Below are positions 1 through 10,973 of a stretch of 64,000 nucleotides of DNA, piece after piece; within the stretch, counting starts at the first letter, position 1, and each line of letters opens with the position of its first letter. Below the pieces are notes generated by a model. It saw only the letters and a program-made list of their open reading frames with translations, was not told the origin of the DNA and made no database searches. The stretch covers positions 744,001 to 808,000 of the forward strand of contig ML978123.1 of NCBI GenBank assembly GCA_010015805.1, in the 5' to 3' direction. Position numbers and translations under genes: made by a program. Source of the DNA: Rhizodiscina lignyota. Taxonomy: Eukaryota.

Positions 1-96
1 GTCAGTCACACGAATTATACGGTCTCGGTGTTCATCAGTCGCCAGTCACAGATGCTGGCCTAGCGCTTACTTCATCTTACTTGATTACCTCTTCAG

Positions 97-1588
97 ATCG
101 TATCGCTTTAGTACAACAACTTATGACTCTGGTAAACCGATCACTTCTTCCCCTCTTGTATTTGCTTCGTAATCCTAAATCCTTTGTTCGGAAATTTTGC
201 GCAGAATGTATATCGTGTCTTTGCAGATACTTTAGCTCTTTTTCGTTCCACGGACTACTCCGACCTGTATCGACGATTATTTAGATTATTGGTTGCAAAG
301 ATTTTCAAAATGAATCTCAGTGAAGAAGAGACCAAAGCCATCAGAGCGTAAGTCATATATCTATCCCGGACTCTGTCACTTGGATACTGATTGCCAAGAC
401 TATAGTCAGATGTTCTCGACGCCGACTCTCCAGCGTTATAAGACATTTTGCGATGAGAAGTCTCTTCCCGTAAACGTTGAGGACATCTCAGAAGAGGCGC
501 AAATAGGCTGGCTCGGTTCTCCAAAGGCTTCTAAAGTTGTCCTGTACACATGCGGTGAGTTCACCATCGCGTTCGTGGAATGGTTCTCTTACTTTCATAG
601 GCGGCGGCCTGAAGGATCCGGCAACGCCATTCCATATACCGTTAATTTACAACGGCGTCCATCCGGTGCCCGAAGGCAATGAAGTTGCTGTTGGCCTTAT
701 CATGCATGGTACGTGCTGGACTGCATCGCATTAATGGATATCCGTGACGGCGCACAATTAACTTCTCAGGTCTCGCACCATCATGTCGATATCCTGGACA
801 GATTAGAGACTTCATTCTTGTTCTGAATCATATCTTGAAGACAAGACAAGCAAATTCGGTCAGCCTTCCGCCGGTCTAGTACAGTAGAGCCCAGTACGGC
901 AGCTAGTTGAGACAAGATCTACCTAGCAGGCGATTCGTCTGGATCCGCATTGATCATTGCCGCTCTCTTTCACCTCGCTCATCCGCACCCACATGTCCCT
1001 GCACTTGAATTACCGCTATCGCAGGCTTTCGCGGGCGGTCTTCTCATCTCTCCCGCGTTTCCGCTCCCTTCCTCCGCTCCATCGGTCGACAGCAACAACG
1101 GTAAAGATCTGTATCCTAAATCCTCCTTGGTGGAGATGCGGGATACTGTTAGCTCTTCGACAGAAGAAGGCTTCAAGTTGACCATGTCTGACCCGTACTT
1201 TGCACCGGAGCAAGCGCCAGAAGCGTGGTTTTCGAATTTACCCATTGGAGATGTTTTGTTCTTGTTCGGAGGCAAAGAGATGCTTCACGATGACCTCGCA
1301 ACATGGGCAGTGAGGTTCAAGGTAAGAAAGAAAAATATCTCGCTTTGTACCTCGAGCAGGGGAGCTTCCATGCGTGTGGAGCTATCCTCCCTTGGCCTAT
1401 TGCGGACGCACCAACTTGCTCTTTCTCGACCCAAACTAACAGTATTCCAGAGGCAACATAAATCGCTCGTCGATATACACGATAATCCAGACCATGTACA
1501 TTGGCAATTCATTGTTGATGCAATGATGGGCGGGGACCCGTCTGTGCAGACGTCTGATATTGTTAAATGGCTGCAGTCCCTCTATTGA
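97..1588 (+). CDS. Alpha/beta hydrolase, HSL-like esterase (Say1/Mug180-type); multi-exon, 5' end probably outside the window
   Basis: Spliced reading gives VVLYTC-GGG (oxyanion HGGG position; intron 555-600), LAPSCRYPGQ, IYLAGDSSGSAL (GDSxG nucleophile), LLISP, FGGKEML and a C-terminal HVH. GT..AG introns are seen at about 555, 709, 858 and 1322. Stop at 1588. Confidence 0.75.
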
Positions 1589-1984
1589 ACGCGAAGTCCC
1601 CTCAGCAGCCACAACACTCCAAAACACGGCCAATTTCTTTACTCTTTCTTGCACCTCGCAATCAAATCTGCTGTAGACATCGCAGGTGTTTCAGTCGGGC
1701 CGACACATATCTCAGTTATATTCTTTGTCCCTTCCACACAATGCATTGTATGCGACACCGTGTTCTGGCTTCATGTGTGCAGCAACTCACTAAACTCTGA
1801 CACTGTGTGAGCAAGTATATGTTTCAATTGAAAGGACTCATACACTTGATGAAGATTCCCCCATCATTATCGGGTAGCAACCGTGTTTGCCTGCTTCTGT
1901 TGAATTTGATCCTCGAGCCCCCCAGTGTTTCCTTCATCCTGGATTTAGGCTCAGGTACACCACCGCGGATCTTCTTACACAGAT

Positions 1985-3412
1985 ATGGACGGGTTTGACT
2001 TCAATCCAGACCTCTTGCAGAAGCTGCAGGATCTGCCCGAATGGGGATTCGACCAAGCCACTGAAGGACAGCCAGACACTAACCAGAACGCAGATCTTGA
2101 GGGCACTGGGTGTGCTTCCGTAAGCACCGAAATATCTACGAAGCGCGTGCGAGATGAAACGGCCGATAACGAGGAGCAGCTTGCTCCACCAGACCTCAAG
2201 TCGAGCAAGAGTGGCCAGTTAGTTACAGCAGACGACTTGATTCTTGACGCTATAAACGACATCTCTGAGGAGGAATGGGCGGCTATCCTGAACAATCCTG
2301 GCCCGAACAACGAGCTTGATACTCACGACTCTTCCCCCGAAGCGCAGGTTGGAGCTACCGCAGCTTTTCAGGCTGAGTCCGACCCTTCTGCACCCGCTGG
2401 AACGTTGTTTACACCTATTAGGCTTCTCGAGCATTCACACTTGCTTTCTGGTGCAAATGCTGTTCCCGCTCCTCACCAGTATGCTCCGCCTCCTCAATTG
2501 CTGTCTGCAGCAACAGTCGCAGTACCCCAGCCTCTAAATAATACACAGGTCGTCGATTCGAAGGTCTACAAACTGGTCTTGCCAAACAGGGAGGTGGCCG
2601 CACAGGCGGCTCAAAATAGAGCATACTTGCCTACGCCATCACCGACTCCAGGGCCAGTTCAGTATTCCACGCTTTCCCTCCCCGCTCTCCCCAATGAATT
2701 CGTGCAGGCTGCTCCCATTCCCCCGTCAGTACGGAGGAGCCCTTTTGAGGTAGCTACGCCGGGATGGGCAGACTTGCGACTCATCAAAACTGTCATCACA
2801 GCTGATGAGATCTTGGCATATTTGCCGGAGCACCTGAAGGTCTATGACTGCCTTTTCCGTCTCATTTACAATGGCTTCTCGCAGTGTGACATTGCTGGAG
2901 CTTGTAACTTCTTCCGCGGAGCCGAGTTCGAAGGGGCTATGTTGCAGAACACTATTACGAAACGTATGAAATCGATCGAAGCCGCACGCCACCAGGAGAC
3001 AGGGATGAATGGTGGCCAGCCTTTTAAGGGAAACAAAGAACGGAAGATGCAGCATCTGCAATGGCCGTACTTCGACACGGAGAAATGGGGCGCACCACCA
3101 CGCACGACTCTGAAAGACTTTCCACTGGCCGGGCTAGCAAATGGACTTGTGGTGAGACCTTGGGGAGAAGGACGCGGCCCTCTGTCGAAGTCCATTGAAT
3201 ATGCTGAGATGCATCCGGAGTTGAATCTCATGTTGTCGAACGTCCCTGCAATCATGGCCTCGCAGGGTTTTAAACCCATCGAACCTGCTGGATGTAATAT
3301 CGACAAGAAGGCACGGGAACGTCTTACGCCTTACATTTCCAAGCGTGGGATGAGGTATCCTGAGCGGAGAACAGACCGAACGGACAAGGTCAATCTGCGG
3401 AAGAAGAATTGA
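1985..3412 (+). CDS. Uncharacterised protein, copy 1 of a tandem paralog family (acidic/Pro-rich N-terminus plus conserved C-terminal domain)
   Basis: Intronless 475-aa ATG ORF. Its C-terminal half aligns by eye with the ORFs at 4430 and 7344 (ITADEILAYLPEHL..LFRLIYNGFSQCDIAG; LAGLANGLVVRPWGEGRGPLSKSIEYAEMHP; DKKARERL). Confidence 0.85.
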   Translation: MDGFDFNPDLLQKLQDLPEWGFDQATEGQPDTNQNADLEGTGCASVSTEISTKRVRDETADNEEQLAPPDLKSSKSGQLVTADDLILDAINDISEEEWAAILNNPGPNNELDTHDSSPEAQVGATAAFQAESDPSAPAGTLFTPIRLLEHSHLLSGANAVPAPHQYAPPPQLLSAATVAVPQPLNNTQVVDSKVYKLVLPNREVAAQAAQNRAYLPTPSPTPGPVQYSTLSLPALPNEFVQAAPIPPSVRRSPFEVATPGWADLRLIKTVITADEILAYLPEHLKVYDCLFRLIYNGFSQCDIAGACNFFRGAEFEGAMLQNTITKRMKSIEAARHQETGMNGGQPFKGNKERKMQHLQWPYFDTEKWGAPPRTTLKDFPLAGLANGLVVRPWGEGRGPLSKSIEYAEMHPELNLMLSNVPAIMASQGFKPIEPAGCNIDKKARERLTPYISKRGMRYPERRTDRTDKVNLRKKN

Positions 3413-4429
3413 GATTCAGTCGATCAGAAATGTCTTGGATTGTCCACCCCCCTGATTCAGACATGTTTCTTAGCTCTTTGGGGGTTTGGTGTTCCGGCGT
3501 TCGGGCGTTTCGATTCCCCCTTTATTGGTTGCTCATTCGACCCTTCGCCCTGATGCGATAGGCAGAATATTATCGCGCGCATATTGCTGTTAGTCTACCA
3601 TCTCACAATCAAGAAAATTTAAAGTATTTCCTCGAAACTCTAATAAAGATGGTGAGATGACCAGGAGATTTTAGTTCACCTCATTGTTCCCATGACGAAG
3701 TCCGGGATACGGATACGTTTGCGGAAACCTGTCCCTACCCGTAGATGATTGCTTTTCAAACAATGACAACTGTCTTCCCTGAAAAAATATTAGTCCCGTA
3801 ATCCTTGACGCTTAACTCCGTTGATTGCGACTCTTGCTCATGCCTGGAAGCATATAAGGGTCCCCTATACCTACTGGATCGACCTGAACTAAAGAGCCCA
3901 TTCAGCAAAGATATATACCAAAACTTCCCATAATGTATAGTCCTTCCTATGTTTTCGTTCTCTCAACCGAGGATTCGACTTGAATAGGTCTCTGGACTCC
4001 GTACGTCATGGTGGCACAGCGCCGCACGTCAACGGCCATAATGTCCCCCTTTTCCATCGTCGCAGCATGTGCTGTAGCAGAACATCTCCACCGCTACCGT
4101 CGTCCAATGTCTGCGCACTTCCTTGGCCAACTAGGTTGAATAACGGGGTCCGTCCGTCCCCATTTGTGGGGGATACAAAGCGCTATTGCCTGCACAATGC
4201 CTTTGTTTCTGGACGATGGCAATGAAGACACTCAAGATGAATTTGTGTCGGCTGTCAACACCACAACTGGCCAACCTCACTAATTCTTCACGATGTATAT
4301 TTTCTCTTTACCAGTCCTAAAACTCTTTTGCCAATCATCGTCTGCAAGCGGTTTCGAACGTCCCAATCAACGAATCCAGTTTGTACGCGAAGAAGAACCC
4401 ATCGTCACATACATTTAAAGCTCTCAGCT

Positions 4430-5590
4430 ATGTCATATCAAGAGAACGGGCAGGCGGGCCAGCCTTCGGGGTCTCGTCGTTCACCGACCCCTGAGCTCCG
4501 GCCACCACCATCAATGGAGGAGGCTCTCCGCGAGCTTGATCCTCCAAAGTGGTATCCTTGGATGGGCGGCAGGCCTGGACCATATGATATCGACATGTCT
4601 TCCCACTTCAGGGTTAGCACAGATCAGGATGGCGACAAGATAGTCGAGTTCATTCCGGGACGCAATGAGCCGTCCGAGCAATCAGAACTCGGCGACTCGA
4701 TTCGTCGTCCAGTCAAGCATGGGCGCGACGACGATGACCTTTACGAGGCTCCTCCAAGAAAACAAGGACGACCTAGAAAGTTCCTCGTCCCTCAGCCAGA
4801 ACATGTTATAGCGGGTCCTTCTACGGCTCCGGTCAACCAGCAGATGCCACAGATGGCGAACGGCACCCAGAACGGCTTTGGCAATCCGCCGACAATGCCA
4901 ATCCAGCCAAATGTGGCTCCTGCAGGTTTGCTAAGGCCGTCCCTCCTGGATGGCTCGAAGCTCCAAGGAGCCACCACTATATCAGCAAACATTGCGCTGC
5001 TGAATATTGACATCTCAGCGGAGGAGTACCTCACATTCTTCCCTTTACACTACCGCTGGAGACAGGGATTGCGTCGCCTGATCCGAAACGGTTGGGACCA
5101 GAACAGTATTGTCGGATACATTAACTGGTCTCGGAACCTGATCGGGCGAGACCAGGCCATTGACTGCAACACTCTCGTGAAGCAGATCGGAAGCGCGGAT
5201 GAAGAGGAGTGGGGGAGAAAATGGACCAAAGCTACAAGGCCACGGGACAGGGCTCAGTTGAATCTGAAGCCTGATTCATGGACAATAGCTAATCGCAGAG
5301 TAGAAGACGTGCTATTACGGACTCTGGTGGTTGGCGTTGTTCGTTTTCCGACTGGAGCTGGAGAGGGAGCGCTGACTCGGGCCGTCCGCTACGCGGTGGA
5401 ACATCCTGAGGAGGCTATCATGCTCTCTGGGGTCAACAACTTGATCCGTCGAGAGACTGTCCAGCTTCTGCACGTGCCCTGGGGCCAAAACCTAGACAAA
5501 GATGCTTTGAAGCGACACATGCCCATCATTGGGGCTGCGCAGTGGAGTACGCCCAAGGATTGGGCCAAAAGGAATGGCCTCTGGAATTAA
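4430..5590 (+). CDS. Uncharacterised protein, copy 2 of the tandem paralog family
   Basis: First ATG at 4430 (MSYQENG); the track's start at 4328 is TTG. Motifs ISAEEYLTFFPLHYRW..LRRLIRNGWDQNSIVG; LRTLVVGVVRFPTGAGEGALTRAVRYAVEHP; DKDALKRH. Basic patch RKQGRPRK. Confidence 0.85.
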   Translation: MSYQENGQAGQPSGSRRSPTPELRPPPSMEEALRELDPPKWYPWMGGRPGPYDIDMSSHFRVSTDQDGDKIVEFIPGRNEPSEQSELGDSIRRPVKHGRDDDDLYEAPPRKQGRPRKFLVPQPEHVIAGPSTAPVNQQMPQMANGTQNGFGNPPTMPIQPNVAPAGLLRPSLLDGSKLQGATTISANIALLNIDISAEEYLTFFPLHYRWRQGLRRLIRNGWDQNSIVGYINWSRNLIGRDQAIDCNTLVKQIGSADEEEWGRKWTKATRPRDRAQLNLKPDSWTIANRRVEDVLLRTLVVGVVRFPTGAGEGALTRAVRYAVEHPEEAIMLSGVNNLIRRETVQLLHVPWGQNLDKDALKRHMPIIGAAQWSTPKDWAKRNGLWN

Positions 5591-6632
5591 GCATAGATGC
5601 ACGCTTAGAAATACTTGGTTTTGCGAGTTTGAAATTTGTCAAAAATTTGGGAAAGCAGTCTTAAGAGAGAGCAATAACAGAAATCGCTCGCTGAAGACTC
5701 AAGCACATGAGAGACGCGAAAATGTCCATAGATAACTGAAATCCATGAAATATCAATTGAAGCGCAAACCATTTCGTACGAAGTTCCACAGTGAATTTGT
5801 GGGTTGTCCTCGCTCATTGAGCAGCTTTGGCCATATTCGGCCTCATGAGCTGCCCAATGGATATCGCAGAAAACCCGCCAGTGGAGTCCTGACGGCTTCT
5901 CCAGTGTACGACTCGAATCCCGTATGTTCACCAGACATGAACTGTGTGCTAATGTCGCCATGAGCGAGACAGAATCCGTCAGATAATGCCGATGGACGAA
6001 ATTGCGGTATGTGATATGCGGTACGTGTTCATCCGCCGGTGTTCGCCCACTGGCAACGAATGGGAATGATCTGTACCCGTGCTAATCCGTCTGAGAGAGG
6101 TAAAGCAGATAGCTGCCCCCTTTATCGCCATTCATAGCTTGTATATAGACCTGAGTTAGTTCATGGTTAGTCTTCGTTCCTTGTGCCTATTAGATGTCCG
6201 CCCATCTCAGCATGAGATCTCGTAGGAGAGACGAATTCACGTCCTACGTAGTCGAACACACTCTAGATGATAGTGGCTCCCTCGTTGGGAAGTATCAGGC
6301 GTGAGGGACGCTTCCTGGACGATTCGAGGATATGTGAGGTCGAATACAACCTCGGTGATAATGGCCATTCTGCGGGTCGTCATCATCGTCATCGCCCTGC
6401 GCGCGGATGTGTGTTCATAGTAGCCCTCCTCTTTGCCTAGACTGTGTCCACTTTCTGAGGCTAAAGGTGTTGTAGAGATGATAAATCGCATAGAAAGGCT
6501 TCTGCTCTTCTTCACTCCATCAATCTCTCCATCCACCTGTCTCTTCGACTCCAGCACGTTGAGCACAGCTCTTTCGACGTCACCAAACCCTTTGTACCCT
6601 TTTACAAAGGACTCCAAAAGACCAACAGTAAA

Positions 6633-8210
6633 ATGTCCATACAAGCAGCCCAGCATGGCGCTCTGCCGCTCAGCGCGCTAGTCGAACCTCTCACCGATTC
6701 CGAGTCATCGTCGCAGCTGCCAATCGCATATCGGCGAGCGCTCTATCATCCACACCCATGGTTTCCATGGATGGGAAGCTTGCCAGCTTTCCATAAAAGC
6801 GACGCCTTGGTACGACCTGCGCATCTCGATGGTGATGAGCCACAGCTAACACTTCAGATCGTCAACCAGTCGACCGCTCTGACAGCTCAGCAGCAGCAGC
6901 AGTTGGGTCATCGGTTAGTCAATCATAGGGAGAATTCGTGAGTGCTCTTGGGTTAAGTGCTGATGAGTTACAGGTGTACCCAAACGAAGCGAAAGAACCA
7001 AGCGACCGAACCTCCGAAGCCTTCGCCCAAACGGCAGAAGATGAACCCAAAGGGCGCGCAATAGTAAGTTGGTTGGTAAGAAACATACCTGTGATAGTAA
7101 CCACTGAGCAATGCGGATAGGAATAGGATCCCGAATACATCTCCCACTCCTCACGGTATTCAAGACATATCGAGCTCAACCCACACGAGCATCCAGAACG
7201 ATAGTGGTGATGGCGTCCATGAGTACAATGTCAAGAAGGACATCACCGACAAGAGCAATGCCCAACTAGCCAACCCCAGTGGCTTCATAGACCCCGCCCT
7301 CCTCCTAATTTCGCGTCCAAGTCCAAGTCTAGGTCTAGGTCTAATGGTTGGCGAGACAACTAACAATACCGAGTCTTCCGGACCAAGCACGTCACGTGGC
7401 CCAGGAGTGGACTTCAGCGTCTATCCGGCTTTCCAGGGGAATGAAGGCAATATGGTGCAGGGCCAGACACCGGTCTCCAGTAACTCGTCTCATCCTCCTG
7501 TTTCGTCATCGCAGCACGTGACACAACAGACTCCGCTCCTACAAGTGCCGCAACCAAGCACCACCAGAGCCCCCACGATGTTGCAGAAGCTCCAAGGTGG
7601 GACGCCTCTGACAGCAGACATTGGTTTACTCCACGTTGATATCACTCTCGAGGAGTTCTTGACCTTCTTCCCGGCTCATTATCGCTGGAAGCTGAGCCTC
7701 ATCCGTGTGATCTACAACGGATGGACACAGGCTGATATTGCTGCGTATCTTAATTACGCAAGGAACTTTCAAGGCAATATGGCAGTGAGAGAAAATTCCA
7801 TCAGGAAGGTAATCGTGGAGGCGGAGAAGACACACAAGGGTGGTGTCTTTACAAACAGCAACCGTCCGATGAACCAGCCGGTCCATGACATGAAGCCAAC
7901 AGGATGGGAGCCAGCGGAAAGGTACAAGTCGGACCTTAAGGACACCCTGCTGGTCTCGCTGGCAGCTGGGGTGGTGAATTGGCCGGCGACGGAAGGTCGG
8001 GGGGTATTAACGCAGGCAATTGAGTACGCGCTGAGTAACCCAGATCGGAAGTTGCGATTGTCGGACGTGGATGGGTTCGCCGCCATACCTGGGATTGCGG
8101 GAGTCCAGCAGCCAACTGGCCCGGCGACAAATCATGACAAAGAGGCTCTAGAGCGTCTCCAGCCGATTCTTCGCCAGAAGCAGTGGCGCAAGCCCATGGG
8201 AAACATATAA
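6633..8210 (+). CDS. Uncharacterised protein, copy 3 of the tandem paralog family; 5' exon structure ambiguous
   Basis: ORF 7344-8210 carries ITLEEFLTFFPAHYRW..LIRVIYNGWTQADIAA; LVSLAAGVVNWPATEGRGVLTQAIEYALSNP; DKEALERL. Its frame is open back to 7101. Upstream ORF 6633 is in the same frame and shares PxW(F/Y)PWMG with copy 2. Donors GTGAGT at 6938 and GTAAGT at 7064; acceptors at 6973 and 7120. Confidence 0.75.
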
Positions 8211-9156
8211 TCTGCAGATGCTGTAGTATGAGGGAAGAGTGTGAGGACATAGTGTAAGGGAATGGGACAAGGGAAGAGTATGAGGCAAGAGTTATGAAGA
8301 AAAGGGGATATTCGGACCTAGGTGGAGGGTATAAGTGAGGAAGAAGAGGGTATCGATGCGTATTTATGGTTGCTGTACCGGGGTGTACCATCCGCGTACC
8401 ATACGCGTCGAAGGTGTCTGGTGTCTCTCCGCAAGTACGTTCTGAGGTATCTTCACTGGAAGATGCGAGCATTACTGTCCACGTGTCTAGCAGCATCGTG
8501 AAGCGGGAGTTGGTTCTTCGAAGTCGTTATTGTTCTTGTTGGGAGTTTGGGTATTTTTTCATATCGGTCAATACACCTTCACCAGTTGTACAAGAAGCTT
8601 GCATACGCGTACCTTCGCCTGTTCCTGAGATTCGCGGCAAAGGGTCTTATCGATCGACCACTCGCCGCGGCGACGGGTGTTGGTGCTTCCCTGTCGCTGG
8701 GGCTGAACGCCGGTTTCCAGAGCTCCAACCACGTCTAACAATCACGTGTGTAGCGGCGTTCCTGCAGGTCTGCTGCAGTCGATGTGAAAGAGGGCATGCT
8801 GATTTCTAAACCCCACAGCGACGTCGGAAGGTCATTGGAAGCGCATGCGAGATGAGCTTCACCGCCCAGCACGGGCGGCCGGGAATGGGCCATCCGAACC
8901 ACGCCACCCTATCACACAACCTCTCCTTGGCACAACCATCCTTTCCCAAGCAATACTCCGTACATTCGAGCCATTGGCTTACCACGCTCTCTTCTGACGA
9001 CCAGGAAAGGGCATTGGAGCATCTGCGCGCCTTTCCAATTCAAATCCAGACGCTTTTCATGCTCTCCTGTTTCTCTAGATCCCCCCTATTAAGTCGTCGC
9101 ATCTGTACGGGACCGCGCACCTTCGAAACGCATATACAACAAATATCTGGCCCAAT

Positions 9157-10973
9157 ATGGCCGCCGATTTCAGTTACGCCTCTCCCACGGCGGATGCAAC
9201 CTCAGCGCCTCTGGTGTTCACAGGAACTCTGGGCGGATTGATCGGGCAGGTCCTCACAGGAGTGCAAATATGGCATATCATCGTGACCCTGATTCTCGGT
9301 CTGGTGGTCTACGACCAGAGTGAGTAGCAGCGGCGATCCCGGGAGCCACTCTACAGCTATACTGACAGTCGCAAAGTTTCGTACATCTGGCACAAGGGGT
9401 CCATCGTTGGTCCATCTTGGAAAACGCCATTCATTGGACCCTTCCTCGATTCGATGAACCCGCAATTCGAGCAGTATATGGCCAAATGGCTCAGTGGTCC
9501 GCTTAGTTGTGTATCTGTCTTTCACAAGTAAGCTCCGCTCTATGGCCTCATAGCATATTCAAACTAACCTGTATTAGATTCGTCGTGATCGCATCGACGC
9601 GCGACATGGCTCGCAAAGTCTTCAACTCTCCGATGTTCGTCAAGCCATGCGTCGTCGATTCCGCATACAAACTCCTCCGACCTACAAATTGGGTGTTTTT
9701 GGACGGCAAGGCACATGTAGACTACCGGAAGGGTCTCAATGGCTTGTTTACACGCCAGGCTCTGGAGTCTTACATGCCAGGACAGGAGGAAGTATACAAC
9801 AAGTACTTCGCCACGTTCTTGCAAATCTCAAAGGAGAACGGCTATAAGCCAAAAGCTTTCATGCCGGTCTTCCGCGAGCTGCAGTGCGCGATCGCGTGCA
9901 GAACCTTCGTCGGCCACTACATGCCAGAGTCGTCGATGAAGAAGATTGCGAACGACTATTATCTTATCACTGCAGCGCTCGAGCTCGTAAACTTCCCCAT
10001 AATCCTTCCATTCACCAAGTCATGGTATGGTAAGAAGGCGGCAGACATGGTACTCGATGAGTTTGCCAAGTGCGCCGCAAAGAGCAAGGTTCGCATGGCA
10101 GCTGGTGGAGAGCCAGAATGTATCATGGACCGCTGGATTCAGTCAATGTTTGCTTCAGAAGCATACAGGCAGAAGGTAGCGAAGGGCATTGAGGTAGACC
10201 AGTCTGAGAAGCCAGATATGCTCATCCGCATGTTCACCGATTTCGAAATTTCCCAGACTGTCTTCACCTTCCTGTTCGCATCGCAGGATGCGACCAGCAG
10301 CGCGTGCACATGGCTCTTTCAAATCATGGCGGACCGACCAGAGTTCTTGGACAGAATTAGGGAGGAGAACCTCGCCGTACGCAACGGTGATCGCAACATG
10401 CCGATTTCCTACTCGATGATGGAGAAGATGACGTATACGAGGGCAATTGTGAAGGAGGTGCTTCGGTACAGGCCACCCGTAATCATGGTCCCCTACGTGG
10501 CCAAGAAGGACTTCCCAATCACCAGCGATTATACTGTCAAGAAAGGTACGTTTGTATCGGCGTATTTAATGCTTCTAGCTCTAATACAACCTGTAGGCTC
10601 TATGGTAGTCCCGACAACTTATCTCGCCCTACATGATCCTGAAGCATACCCGAACCCTGATTCATTCGATCCAGAACGATGGATCACTGGCGACGCTGAG
10701 AAACAGGTCAAGAACTGGCTCGTCTTCGGCACCGGTCCCCACTACTGCCTTGGCCAGATATACGCGCAGTTCAACCTGATGGCCATGATTGGCAAGGCGA
10801 GCATGTTCCTCGACTGGGAGCACCAGATCACTCCCCTCTCGGAACAGATTGAGGTCTTCGCAACGATCTTCCCGAAGGTAGGTCATCCATCTTCCCAATT
10901 CGGAATGATGTTCATGCTGACACGCGTTTCATAGGATCACTGCCTGCTCTCTTTCAAGCAGCGTCCACAATAG
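9157..10973 (+). CDS. ERG5: Cytochrome P450 CYP61, sterol C-22 desaturase
   Basis: N-terminal TM segment ([14 protein letters not shown]), [35 protein letters not shown] (ExxR), FDPERW and heme motif [10 protein letters not shown]. Four GT-AG introns; ends [12 protein letters not shown]. Confidence 0.95.

Noticed and set aside
6237..6656. 139-aa minus-strand ORF between copies 2 and 3
   Set aside because: It is antisense to the CT-rich leader and start of copy 3, has no recognisable motifs, and is probably a by-product of composition.
7317..7343. Short hexamer repeat (CCAAGT/CTAGGT) before ATG 7344
   Set aside because: Only about four imperfect units, lying within the open frame (PSPSLGLGL); not a CRISPR, telomeric or satellite array.
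7936..8809. ORFs of 186 aa (minus) and 147 aa (plus), plus scattered splice-like signals downstream of copy 3
   Set aside because: No family motifs, no fourth copy of the paralog domain, and I could not build a consistent gene model.
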